NCBI RefSeq assembly: GCF_009914755.1
Contig: NC_060937.1
Length of the DNA stretch: 64,000 nt
Source: the human T2T-CHM13v2.0 reference genome, Homo sapiens
Strand: one strand, 5' to 3'
In this document: positions 13,781-27,478 of the stretch, one piece after another
Layout: the number at the start of each line of letters is the position of its first letter
Position numbering within the stretch: the stretch's first letter is position 1
Translations under genes and position numbers: made by a program
The notes under the pieces: generated by a model
What the model saw: the letters and a program-made list of their open reading frames with translations, nothing else
Database searches by the model: none
Told to the model about the DNA's origin: nothing

Positions 13781-14934
13781 TAACTTTAATTACTTTCAGA
13801 GAAATTATTTCTCTTTCTACATCATCTTACCATATTATCTTGTTTTAAACTTAAGTCTTTTGTGTAAATAGATGCATGCAAATGTTAAACTTTTAATTTA
13901 CTTAATTTTCTCACAGTGCTATAAATATCATCAAATGAAAATGGCCACTTACATGAAAGATCTTTAATAGAAATAACTTCTCTCCTTTGTCTTGGCCAAT
14001 ATCTGCATGCATGGCATTTTATTTTTTATCAGGAGAGAGGTTGTTGCTACAGTGAATGACCCCCATTTTTTTTTGTTTTCATTTCCCTTGATAGCAATTT
14101 AAAGATGAATTCTCTGGGTTTTTGTCCCTTATCACTTTGATGCTTTGTTACTGACTTAAAAAGAGAGTTCTGTTGGAATTCTTGTTTTATTCACTGAAGA
14201 AATACATAAAGATACTAATAAGCTGATTTGGAATTTTAATAGACCATTATTAGCAATAAAACCAGGCAGCTGTGATTAGATGTCAAGAAATCTGCTGTGT
14301 TGGGAGTTAGATCCTGAAAATGTTTTGTACAGGGCTCAGGAGGAGAAAATTGTTTGCCCCTAACAAATGCTGTCCAGGCAGAACTGAGCGGGAAGATGGC
14401 CTGGCCTTCTGTTTAGAAAGGCTCTCCACAGGGTGCTCAGTTTCGTGCCTCTCTTCTGTTTTCTTCAAAGTCCCTATAAGAGAGTTCATTATAAAAGCCC
14501 TTCTTGAAGGTAAAGGCAAAATACCATTGCTAGGGATAATTTATAAGGGATTTAAATTCGCTCATGCCTCCCATTGCCTTTGGTGTGTTTCAGATAATAA
14601 GTAGAAGAGAAAAAAGAACATAGCAGAGTAGATGATGATATCTATTTGATTAGCTGACTTGACAGGTATTACCAAGAAATATAGTAAGAAAAATTAAACG
14701 CTTCACTGTGTTTATGATACATGTGAAACAATTGAGCAATTCAGTTTATTTGAGTTACAAACTCAAGTCAACAAAAGCAAAATAAAGATTCTTTTGTAAG
14801 TGTGTTTATTCTGACATATCAATTCCTCAGCAGAGGAATATTTGGAAAACAGGACAAGAATATATAGCTTTTACTTGGGAACAGCATAGATAATAAAATG
14901 ACTATTAAATGTTTCCTTTTTAAAATGCTTCCTA

Positions 14935-15301
<367 letters not shown>

Positions 15302-16539
15302 TTAATACTCATTTTATCCTTAATTTCCTGAGATTTCTGAGAGAAAATACAAAGTAAGGACATAGAATAAAACCTTTGCCAGATCTAGTTAGGAAGCAGT
15401 AAACATTTTACTGTCTAGTTTTGATACAGATAAAAAGCCAAATGAAACAGCTTATTGTGCAAAACCGTATTTAAGCTGCTTATAACTTTTAAAAAATACT
15501 TTCTCCTTTTGGAGTTGAGTAAAACTCCTGCACAGTAGGGTACTTGTTCACTTTGGTGTAAAATTGAAAAATTTACCAGGTTTTGAGTATTTAAAATGCC
15601 TGAGGGAAAGCTTGGGAAGATGTGGTTTTCAGGTGCATTTTGCAGTGGGGAAGTGACTACTAGCATAGCTATGTCCATCCATCTGTCCATGCGGTTGAAA
15701 GGTGTGCTCCAGGTGCCAAAGGCAAAATGAATAATGTACAGGCCTGGATCCCCGAGGCCTGCGGCAGAGGAGGCAAATATCTGCAAGGCCGAGGCGGAGG
15801 GAGGGGCCGCTGCTAGCTCAGACCTGCCATCTCACATTCCTGTGAAATGTGCTTCACCTTTCCATCATTGTTCTTTGTCTCTGGACCTTGAGTAGTTGCA
15901 CAGCTTTTTGAGTCAAACTTTAATAAGAAAACCAAATGCACACTCTTGTTCTTAGGTGAGATAAAATCAAGATTGCATTTAAAACCTGGAAGTTAGGAGT
16001 GAATGAATGTGGAGCTTTATCACTGAAATGATTTTTCATCCTTAATTCCAAGGTAGCCTTTGCTTTCTCGTTCACCAAAGGCACCGAAAACACAAACTAG
16101 ACCTTTGAGAAATGATAATATTTTAAGGTCATAGTTTCCTTGATCTCTGTGAGGCTCCTCTGTATTAAAGTATTTTTTGCTATTTTCTGACACAGATCGG
16201 AAACATGCCATTTGTTCCTGCCTTTAAGATACAATAGTTCAACATAGTGATGACAATTTTGAGACTATTTTGATGGCCAAGTGTCTCTTTTCTGGAGTTA
16301 AAAGTAGAGGTTCTAGTCTTTCAAGAAGCATTTCAACCACTCAGATGTCCTGGCTGGAAACACCTCCATTATTATCAAGTCCATGTTTCCTTTTAGCTTT
16401 TGAATTATTTCATCATCAAGGGTTATCAATTTTACCTCCTAAACTTTGCCCTTACAATAGCTATCAAACAGTCTCCTGACTTTATTTTTCTTCTGCTCCA
16501 ACCCATTTCTCACAGTGTTATTAAAAAAATTATATATAT

Positions 16540-16812
16540 ACATATATTTAATTGACAAAGTATATGTTTATCATGTATAGCATGTTTTGAAATATGTATA
16601 CTTGTGGAACAGCTAAATCAAGATAATTAACATATGCATTCCCGCACATACTTATCAAATTATTGTGATGAGAACACTTAAAATCTACTCTCTCAGCAAT
16701 TTTCAAGGATACAATACACTATTAGCTACAGTCACCATGTTGTACAATAGATCTCTTGAACTTATTCCTCCTAACTGAAATTTTTCATCCCTTGACCAAC
16801 AACTTCCATACA
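16540..16812 (-). mobile_element. L1MA 3' end
   Basis: TGAGAACACTTAAAATCTACTCTCTCAGCAATTTTCAAG...CACCATGTTGTACAATAGATCTCTTGAACTTATTCCTCC. Confidence 0.88.
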
Positions 16813-16939
16813 CTGTCTTTTTAACTTTTTTTAAAGTCTTTTAGTATCATTTGGAAACATTCATTTAGGCAAAGCTTCCAGAAGCACACTCAAGGAATGA
16901 ATGGGGAACGAAAGGGACACTGCTTTGTGGACCAGGTTA

Positions 16940-17546
16940 ATTACATTGTCTTCCTAGACAATCTGAGCTTGCCACTGTCCTGGTTAAAACTTGTTTGTGG
17001 TGCCCTGTTGCCTTAGGTTAGAGTCCAAACCTGTATTCCAGGTAGAACGCAGGCCCTTGGCCAAACGATCACAGGCCAAGCTCTCTTAGTCTCCATCCTT
17101 TTTCTTTCCTTCTCCTTCCACCCTCTCTACCTCCTTTCTTCTCCACCCCATCCCATTTCCCTATCAACATGATGCTCAGTGACTTCCTCTCCCTCAAGCC
17201 CATTCTTCATCAGAGCCATTCTCTGCTTTGCCATCACTCTCTGAGCCTGGAATACCCATCTCTTTCCCATTTCGGTTCCCTGCTTATCTACAAAGACCCA
17301 GCTCAAATGTTCCTCCTCTATAAATTCCCAGAGCAGGCAGCCTCCTGCTCTGTACTCTCCATGATGTAGTCTAGGATGGCTATTTCACATCTCTTTGTCT
17401 TTCTTTATGTGTTCTGATCTCTGCCTTTTCAACTAAACTAAACTTTATGAGGCAGAGTCTATGTTTTTCATTTTGTGTACAATTGCCTTGCATTGGGCCT
17501 GGCATGTCACAGGTGTCAATAAATGTTTGTCAATTGAATAAATGAA
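16940..17546 (+). mobile_element. L2 3' portion
   Basis: AAGACCCAGCTCAAATGTTCCTCCTC...GCCTGGCATGTCACAGGTGTCAATAAATGTTTGTCAATTGAATAAATGAA. Confidence 0.75.
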
Positions 17547-20370
17547 AGTGTGTCACTTTTCTGGCTAATGTCATATATTTTTCATTTTGCTCTAGGTCTC
17601 CAGAAAAGAGCATCCATTGAGCTGAGTGGAATGAACTCAGTTAGTTGCTATAAAGTCTATACCTCGTCTAGCCTTTCAGTGATGATTCATTTATCCATTC
17701 TTTCATGTAATGCGCAGTTGTTGAGCATTTTCTATCAGGTGTTTTACCAGCCATTGAGAATGAAAAGATATCTAGGCCAGATATCACATCAGCTTGCTTG
17801 GAGCCCTTCTAGGAAGGGAAAGGAGCTACAAAAACTAGACTTGTCTCCTTACACGATCTGTGACAACTGTGAGCCTTCTGGCAGTTTGTTTCTAGCTCTT
17901 CTTTCAGTTTCAGCAAAAACTCGAGTGAGCTGAGGGCAGGACAAGTTGACGTATCGATCTAGTTATAAATGCTTCTAAAAGGTCCCTCCTGGCTTTGGTA
18001 ATGTCTGGGCTCAGACACCTCTGCAAAGCTGAATTATTTCTAGGTCAACCATTTTGAGGTTCCTTCCTCCCAGATGAATGGTTAAAAACTCAGATAAGAA
18101 GTATTTTTTTAAGTAATGCAAGGTGGAAAGTGAATGGCTTTTGTTTAGTTTCAAACCGATTCCTCATCTTAGGAAGACAGAAGAGCGCTGATGATATCCT
18201 GGTGCTGTCGTTTATTTGTGGTGAATTTGCTAATTAAACGCCCACTCCCTTTTCTATTCCTCTCTGCTCAGCCTTCAGAAGAGTGCTGGCATCTGACTTA
18301 AGCAAAAGGGAGGAGCGAGTTTTCTAAGGTGGCAGAATGCCAACATCCCTTTGCCTTCTGTTGTCTTGTGAGTGATGCCAAGTCATCTGGTGGCTACTTG
18401 TAGTAGAGGAAAGGATTATTAATTGTTCTCTGATAATTCGCTCAAGGATTCTTTAACCTCTTGACTTAAAGTAGCTATGGCAGAGATATTAGAATGACAA
18501 ACCCAAGGGCACGTAGTAGAATTAATATTCTGCAAAGACCAAAGTTTTGCACAGGTCCCATTTTACTTGTTTTCACGTCACTCCCGTATCTCTGGTGAAG
18601 TGGATAGGATGAATTGATAGAGTAGCAAAGCAAAGACAAATGACCACATCTCTTCCCAGCCACGGGGTGACCCGGCTTGCACAGTAATGAGTATAAACAG
18701 CAGGCACTCTGAGGCTAAGGAGAGAAAAATGCTGACAGAGCACTTGCTTTGATTGGATTTATAATATTATAGGGAGAAATGGAAAGCGAGAGGGAGAGAT
18801 AGGAAGGGTGAGGCAATACGGAGTGAGGACGTGGAGACCTATTTATGGCTGTTTCGTGGTCATAACTCAGCTGCTTTGTTTTGCCCACTCAGTGAACTGA
18901 CCTTCTTCAATCCTTTTGTTTGACAGCCTCAGGGAATAAATTCCTCCTTAATCCACCTCCTAGGCCCAGCTGAGGTAGTGGGAACAGAGCAGCTTCGCAC
19001 AGAACCAATAAGTTCACTTCCCAGAGGCGAAAGGGTAATTTGTCCTGCCTGTTCACTCCATCACTGCCCTTGCTGTTCTGCGGGTGCACAGGGTACCAAT
19101 TAGTGCTAATTGCTGCCGATGGTGGTGAAAGATTCTGTGACAAGTCTCTGCTGAGAACAGGGCTGACCCCTAACTCATTTCATGTAGAGCATGCCCATGA
19201 GACCAGGTACTTTGGGATAGTACAACAGTGTGGATGGGCGGGAAAGAAAGATCCTTGGCAAGAGCACAGGCCTGTCTTGCTACAGTCCACTAACAGCTAC
19301 TGAAAACCACAGTTAATTTTTCCAGAAAGAGGAATTTTGCCATTGCTCCTCCAGATCTTACTTTGATGTGGAAGGATCCAAAAGTATCCCCAAAGTAAGA
19401 GTCAATCTAATTATATCTGGAGTACAAATTCACTGCTTCACTTCTGCCTAGCAAAGCAGCCAGAGATCTTTATGCCCAGTGAAATAAATTTTTAACAGAC
19501 TTGCTATAATGTGTCAAAGTTTCCTGAATAAAGTTGAGCGAGTAAGCATGGCTTTTAAGATCTTTCAACGTGATGGACAAGAAAATATCCACGTAGAGAG
19601 AAGTAGGGCTGCTTATTGCAATTAGCCACATTATTGCATCTGGAAAATCCTCTCCAAGGAGGATCAGAGGTCCTGGCATCACACATTTAAATTAATATAA
19701 AAGAGGTGCTTTGCATTAGCCAAGGAAAAGTTGAGAGTTTTCTGATTTGGCCACTGTACTCTTGAAAAAGGTAGTTCATTTCATATCTAAAGTAGCCAGA
19801 GATAGCTTCAACAATTGCCAGCTACCAGTTATAAATAGCTTTCCTCTCTGAAACAAAGCCTCATCTTTCAAATTGCTTCTTTCTTAAGGAAAAAGAAAAA
19901 CCCTGAGATTCTTTCAGCACTCGCCAGCTGTTCCAGATGTTATGATTCCACATCTAGGGCCACGTTCTGAACTAAAAATATATACATGAGCTTGACTTCC
20001 AACTTCTTCACTAAAGTAACATCATAAATTATCTTATTTGTCCCTTTGTTATGTTCCAGAAGTGTTGGTAAGTAGTTTTTAAGGGGAGAGAGAATTTGAT
20101 CCTCATTTTTTCCGTGAAACCTCTTATGACAAATAGTAAATTTCACTCATAAGATTGTAACCTAGTCCATTAGAGTGTAGTCCAGACTTCTTTTTACTTA
20201 TAATGAAAAGTAAAAAAATATCCTATTGTTATCATAATCATAAAAACAAGAGAAAATAAATAAATTGGATAACAGAAACTTTTGAAAGTGGGACTTAAAA
20301 TAATTTGATTAGAGACAGATCTTGGTGGTAGTCTGAAAAGACTTGGATGTTTCCAGAGCCCGTGGAATCA

Positions 20371-20403
20371 AACAGTTCCTACTACGGCCACCAGATGGCC
20401 CTA
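20371..20403 (+). promoter_or_regulatory. Strong candidate CTCF site with upstream motif
   Basis: Core CGGCCACCAGATGGCCCTA (20385-20403), preceded at 5-bp spacing by AACAGTTCC, which resembles the TGCAGTNCC upstream motif. Confidence 0.75.
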
Positions 20404-20743
20404 TGAGACCGGAGCTTTTCGTGTAGATGCTGGCGGTGGTAGTGGTAGTGGTGGCAGTAACTATGGTTTCAGGATGGGTTGGGACTCAGGCAGAAAGCAG
20501 CAACCGCCCAGCCTTCACGTTGGCTGCATCTCCTCCAACAGTTCTCCATCTCAAACATTCACCAGTTAGTGTGACATTTTAAAAATGGAACTTGGATGAT
20601 CACATTTTCTTGCTCAAAACTCTCGAATGGTTTCTCAGTATGTGTAGAATAAATTCCAGACTCCTTACTCTGGTTTACAAGGCCCTACATGATCTGGTAC
20701 ATAGCTACTGTTCTGACCTTATTGCGGCCCACTCTTCCTCTAA

Positions 20744-21033
<290 letters not shown>

Positions 21034-21079
21034 GTCCCCCGTTAATCTTACTCCAGCCACACAGCCTTTTCGTATTTCT

Positions 21080-21120
21080 ATTTATTTATTTACTTTAAGT
21101 TCTGGGATACATGTGCAGAA
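21080..21120 (-). mobile_element. Extremely 5'-truncated L1PA (41 bp)
   Basis: TACTTTAAGTTCTGGGATACATGTGCAGAA (L1PA 3' terminus) between 15-bp TSDs CCTTTT(C/T)GTATTTCT. Confidence 0.85.
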
Positions 21121-21339
21121 CCTTTTTGTATTTCTTGAAGGGGCAAAGCTCCTTCAGAGCTTGTGCATTAATTGTCTCATTTGCCTCAGATGCTCTTATT
21201 CATATCACCAAATGGCTCAGATCTTATCCTTCAGCCCTCAACTCAACATCCATGTAGAGTAAAGCCATCCAATCCAAAGCATTAACTCAGCTGCTTCCCA
21301 ATCTATCACTTTAGTTTTCTGACTAAGCCTTAATCGTGA

Positions 21340-21572
21340 TTTCTTTCTTCCTTCCCTTACTTTCTTTCCCCTTCTTTTCTCTTTTCCTTTTTTCCTTTCC
21401 TCCCTCCCTCCCTTCCTTTCTCTTCCTCTTTCTTTCTTTCGCTTTCCTCCCTCCGTCCCTCCCTCTCTCCCTCCTTTCTTCCCTCCTTCCCTTCCCTTCC
21501 TTCCTTCCCTCCTTTCCTTCCTTCCTTCCCTCCTTTCCTTCCTTCCTTCCTTCCTTCCTTCCTTCATCTTCC
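21340..21572. repeat. Polypyrimidine (CCTT)n/(CCCT)n low-complexity tract
   Basis: ~230 bp that is almost entirely C/T. Confidence 0.97.
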
Positions 21573-21939
21573 TATTTACTTATCTAATGTATGATCTATG
21601 TATTATCAGTTTATCTCCACTGGAATGTAAACAGCATGAGAGCAGGATTTTTTTTTTAAAGTTCATTGTTATTTATCTCATCATTAGGACCATGGCTGTT
21701 CTTGTATAGAGAATGAATAAATGGATGTTTGAGATATTTGTAAGTTAGGCATTTATAGTACAAGTATGGTACATCCACAGATTACTAGCATTTGGATAAT
21801 TTGTAATGGTAAAATTTATCATAAATTAGTTAAGTTTTTTCATTTACCAAACAGTTACTGAACAGTAACTAAGTGCCAGGCATTGTGATGGGCACTAGAG
21901 ATAATCCAGTGCTGAATGCTAGCAAGAAAAATTATGTTC

Positions 21940-22130
21940 TGAGAGCTCAGGCTCTATACCAAGGGCTTTTACATATTATCTCATTTAGTACTTACAACAG
22001 TATTCTGAGACAAGTGCTTTAGTCTCTAATTTCATTTTACAGAGTAAGAAACAAATTTAGTCAAGATAAGTAATATACCCAAGATAACATGACTGTTGCA
22101 TTGTGGAACCGGGACTCAACCTGGTATGAC
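21940..22130 (-). mobile_element. MIR
   Basis: CTTTTACATATTATCTCATTTAGTACTTACAAC...CATTTTACAGAGTAAGAAAC...GGGACTCAACC. Confidence 0.75.
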
Positions 22131-22643
22131 GTAGTCCATCCTGAAGGAATCAACAAAGACAAACAATGGGACTAGACTCCAAGCATGTCTGGCAATAGAA
22201 GTATCAGGCAGAGATAACAGCATGACTAAAGACATAAAACAAGTTACCAAAATGTGAACAAGACTATCAGAATATTCCAGATGTATCTAACAAAGAACCA
22301 TATAGAATTTCTAGAAAGAAAAAAATAGTAATTGAAATACAAATCTCAGTGGATAAGATAAAGTCTAGCTAGATTTAAAGAGAGTAGTAAACAGATGAAG
22401 AGAGAATTTGTGAACTAGATGACTGATCTTAGGAAATTATCAAGATTACAGCACAGAAAGATTAAGTGATGGAAATATATTAAAGAGAAGTTTAGAGATG
22501 TAGACAACAGAATTGGAAGGCCCAATATATTTCTAGTAGAAATTCTAGGTGAAAGAAGAGAAAGAAGGTAAAGGCCAATAGTTAAAGAGTTGATGGCTAA
22601 AACTTTCAGAAAATTGATTAAAGCCATAAATTGACTAAATTTC

Positions 22644-24579
22644 TTTCTTTTTTTAAAAAAATTCTATGTTAGGTTCAGGGGTACATGCACAGGTTTGTTA
22701 TATAGGCAGATTGCATATTGTGAGGGTTTGGTGTACAAATATTTCATCACCTGTGTAATAAGCATAGCACCTAATAGGTAGTTTTTCAATCCTCACCCTC
22801 CTCCCACCCTTTACCCTCAAGTAAGCCCTGGTGTCTGCTGTTCCCTGCTTTATATCTCTATGTACTCAATGTTTAGCTGCCATTTACAACAAATATGCAG
22901 TATTTTGTTTTCTGTTCCTGTGATAGTTTGCTTAGAATAATGACCTCTAGCTCCATTCATGTTACTGCAAAGGACATGATCTCATTCTTTTTTATGGCTA
23001 CATAGTATTCCATACTGTATATGCACCACATTTTCTGTATCTAGTCTACCATCGATGGACATTTGGGATGATTCCATACATTTGCTATTGTGATTAGTGC
23101 TGCAATGAATTTGCATGCATGTGTCTTTATGGTAGAATGATTTATATTCCTTTGGGAATATACTTAATAATGGGATTGCTGGGTCAAGTGGTAATTCTGC
23201 TTTGAGTTCTTTGATAAATCATCAAACTGCTTTCCACAGTGGCTGAACTAATTTACACTCCCACCAGCAGTATATGAGCATTCCCTTTTCACCACAACCC
23301 CACCAGCATCTGTTATCTTTTGACTTTTTAGTAATAGCCATTATGACCGGTGTGACATGGTATCTCATTGTGGTTTTGGTGTGCATTTCTCTAATAATTA
23401 GTGACGCTGAGTATTTTTTCATATGCTTGCTGACTGTGTATGTCTTCTTTTCAGAAGTATCTGTTCATGTCCTTTGCCCACTTTTTAATGGGGTTGCTTT
23501 TTTCTTGTAATTTTGTTTAAGTTTTTTGTAGATGCTGGATATCAGGCCTTTGTCAGATGGGTAGATTGCAAAAATTTCTCCCATTCTGTAGGTTGTCTGT
23601 GTACTATCTTGATAGTTTCTTTTTGCTGTGTAGAAGCTCTTTAGTATAATTAAGTCCCAGTTTCAGTTTTTGTGTTTGTTTTGCAATTGCTTTTGGAGGC
23701 TTCATCATGAAATCTTTGCCAGAGCTTATGTCCGGAATAGTATTTCCTAGGTTATCTTCTAGAGTTTTTATAGTTTTAAATTTTGCATTTAAGTCTTTAA
23801 TCCATCTTGAGTTGATTTTTGTATATGGTGTGAGGAAGGGGTCTAGTTTCAATCTTTTGCATATAGCTAACCATTTATTCCAGCACCATTTATTGAATAG
23901 AGAGTCCTTTCTCCATTGCTTGTTTTTGTCACCTTTGTCAAAGATCAGATGGTTGTAGGTGTGCAGCATTATTTCTGGGCTTTCTATTCTGCTCCATTGG
24001 TCTATGTGTTTGTTTTTGTACAAGTATCATGCTATTTTGATTGTGTAGCCTTGAAGTATAGTTTGAAGTTGGGGAATGTGATACCTCCAGCTTTGTTCTT
24101 TTTGCTTAGGATTACTCTGGCTATTTGAGCTCTTTTTTGGTTCCATAGGAATTTTAAGATAGTTTTCTTCTACTTCTGTGAAGAATGCCATTGGTAGTTT
24201 GATAGGAATAGCATTGAATCTGTAAATTGCTTTGGGCCATATGGCCATTTTAACAATATTGATTATTCCTATCCATGAGCATGGAATGTTTTTCCATTGT
24301 TTGTGTCATCTCTGATTTCTTTGAGCAGGGTTTGGTAATTCTCATTGTAAAGATCCTTTCACTTCCCTGATTAGTTATATTCCTAGGTATTTTTTTATGG
24401 CTATTGTGAATGGGATTGTGTTCTTGATACAGCTCTCAGCTTGAATGTTATTGGTGTATAGGAATCCTACTGATATTTTTACATTGATTTTGTATCCTGA
24501 GACTTTGTTGAAGTTGTTTATCAAGTCAAGGAGCTTTTGGATAGAGACTATAGGGTTTTCTAGGTGTAGAATCATATTG
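22644..24579 (-). mobile_element. 5'-truncated older L1PA (~1.9 kb; ORF2 C-terminal part plus 3'UTR)
   Basis: ORF fragments match L1 ORF2 ([42 protein letters not shown]); perfect 19-bp TSD CATAAATTGACTAAATTTC at 22625-22643 and 24580-24598. Confidence 0.97.
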
Positions 24580-25274
24580 CATAAATTGACTAAATTTCAT
24601 AAATCAGATTAAAAAATGCAACGTGTCCTGAGCTGAATAAATAAATCCACACCTAAACACATCTTGATGGAACTTCAGAACACCACAGGCAAACAGATCT
24701 TATAAGCAACCAGAGAAAAAGACATAGCTCTCCTACAAAAGGATAACCATTAAACCAAAAGAAGCCTCATCAGCCAAAATAGATGTTAGAATATAATAGA
24801 ATAATATTTTCAAAGTGCTGAGGGAAAATCATGGTTAATAAATATTCTATACTTAAACTATATTTCAAGAGGCAAAATAAAAAAAGACACTTAAAGAAGA
24901 CTGAGTTAGTGTGCCACCAACAAAGTTCTTGATTCAAAACGTCCTGTGTAAGAGGTGCTTCAGGAAGAAGGAAACTGAACTCAGAAGGAAGGGGTGAGCT
25001 GTGAGAATGAAGGTGAATGTGCGGCTCCATGTATATAAGCATCATCCACTTAAAACCACGGAGGCGGTGACTGTGAAGGGTGGCAAAGTCAAGATGGAAC
25101 TCGATCGCTGCACAACATAATATGTCACATGGGAAGACGATGTCTGTACTTAAATCACTCTAAAGTCATCTAAGGTTAGAGACATTGACAATCTTCAGAC
25201 TTTAAGTATGTTTTTGACTATGCTGAGGTAATCAAGAAAATCTGAATTTCAGGGTGACTTTGTTTAAAGGGATG

Positions 25275-25485
25275 ACTTAGCAATCCAGGCTTCTTCCACT
25301 TAGTGAGGCCACTGTCTTTGATGCACCCACAGCTGCTGTGCATGCTGCTAACAGCGGAGAGAGTGGAAGATTGCAGAGGACACGTGCAGCTAGGCTTGGA
25401 AGTGCAGACATCAGGTGTGGCCTCATCCTTTGCCAGGTGCCATTCCCATCATCCCAAACTCATTGCCCCACTTTTGTGTAACTAG
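25275..25485 (-). mobile_element. MLT1 (MaLR) fragment
   Basis: CCAGGCTTCTTCCACTTAGTG...GGCTTGGAAGTG is MLT1-like; non-L1 composition inside the L1. Confidence 0.4.
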
Positions 25486-26811
25486 AAATAGGGACAGCCT
25501 GCCAAAATACTAAAACACTAAACAGTAAAAGAATAGAGGTAGGATCTGTAGCTTGCAAATAAGTAGAGGAAAGAAAAAGAATAAATAAAACTTGGTGAAA
25601 TTGGTGAAATCAATAGAAACCAAAAAGGAGGAAAAAAGCATAGAAAAAAATGACGAGAAAGTGCAAAATAAAATAGCAGAATAAGCACAATAAATAACAA
25701 TTACATTAAACTTACCACTTATTATGCAGAGATTATCATAATAGATTAGAAATTCTTTACACTCAAAGGCAAAACTAAAACACAAAGCCAGCTGGATGTA
25801 ATTTGCAAGGAGCATATCTAAAAAAGATTGAAAAGTAAAGGGAAGAAAAAGATATACCAGCTAAATACTAACCAAAGAAAGCTAGTCTAACCATATTCAT
25901 TGCAACAGATCCTTAAGGCAAAAAGCACTGTTAAGGCTGATGAGGGTTACTACATTTGGATAAAAGGAATAATTCAGGAGGAAAATATAAGAATTAGGAA
26001 GTCTGAACTTTTAGTCACCTAATAATGCAGTTTGTATTTAAACAGCCAAAATTGTCATCATCACAAGGTAAAACTGACAAATCCCTGTTGTAGTGAGAGA
26101 TTTTTAGCACATCTGTCAGTGATCAGTAAATGATGCAAAATCAAAATTGGTCAGGCTGTAGCAGATCTGAGCAACACAATTACTTTACCTGTACAGAACC
26201 TGCTCCCAACAGAAAGAATACACATTTAGGAGGGTTCTGCCGTAATTTTTTCAAGAGATGAAGTGAGCCTCGACCAAAACAACTGCAATGAGTTAAAAGC
26301 AAAGAAATGGAAAAGTAACAGGATTTGCTATTTACTAAATATGGGAGTTAAGGAGGGAAAAGGTAGAATGGAAAATTATTAAGGCCAGCCGGCTGGATCG
26401 TGATGCTGTAAATGGTGAGAACAAAAAGGATTGAGGAGGAAGTTTGGGCAGAGGGGAGGATGATGAGTCCGGGGGTGACCTTTTGAGTTTAAAGTGCATT
26501 TTATGGAGAAAGCTGAATATCAGCTCCCCGGGCTGTTCCATTTGAATAGTCTTCTCTGGCTTTCCATATACACGTGTTCAAAAATAATATTGCTGATTCA
26601 TCCGTATTTAATAGATAACTCTTAGTGGAAATGCTACTTGATCAATCAGGTAATACTTAGGGGGCTTATGTTGGAACAGCTAATTTTATTACGCACTACT
26701 TATTATTAATTGATTAGGGCTCTTAAGTAGGTAAGAGCTTTTCCTTTCAAGTGAGTTATAGAAGTAACTATTGATTCCTTAAAGCTGATCTATAACATGA
26801 ATCAGATAATA

Positions 26812-26990
26812 ATAATAGTAATAAGCTATCATTTGTAAGTACGTACAAGCTCTTCCACATATGCTATTATTATTTTCACAGTGATGCCAGGAGGTAGATA
26901 GAATAGGATACATATTATTATACCCATTTTGCAGATGAGGAAATTGAAGATAAAATCACACAAGTGTATTCTCTGACCTTCAAATCCTGT
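26812..26990 (-). mobile_element. MIR
   Basis: ATTATTATACCCATTTTGCAGATGAGGAAATTGAAG. Confidence 0.75.
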
Positions 26991-27081
26991 TGGTTTTATA
27001 ATTTAGACTTTCCAAGATGGTTGCAGGCTGAAAAGGTTGAAATGAAAAAAATAGCCACTTCTGCTTTTCTTTGGTGCTTAA

Positions 27082-27478
<397 letters not shown>

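Larger units (their letters stand above)
22230..26230 (+). mobile_element. Ancient L1M (ORF1 to ORF2 endonuclease region), decayed and interrupted by an L1PA and an MLT fragment
   Basis: A-rich ORF1-like sequence resumes across the TSD at 24599; AAATCCACACCTAAACACATC; GAAAAAGATATACCAGCTAAATACTAACCAAAGAAAGCT resembles the endonuclease region. Confidence 0.7.

Noticed and set aside
21238-21587. K/E/R/G-rich and S/F/L/P-rich ORFs
   Set aside because: Translations of the (CCTT)n tract
23222-24575. ORFs with real protein similarity
   Set aside because: Frameshifted L1 ORF2 pieces of a 5'-truncated element; not functional CDS
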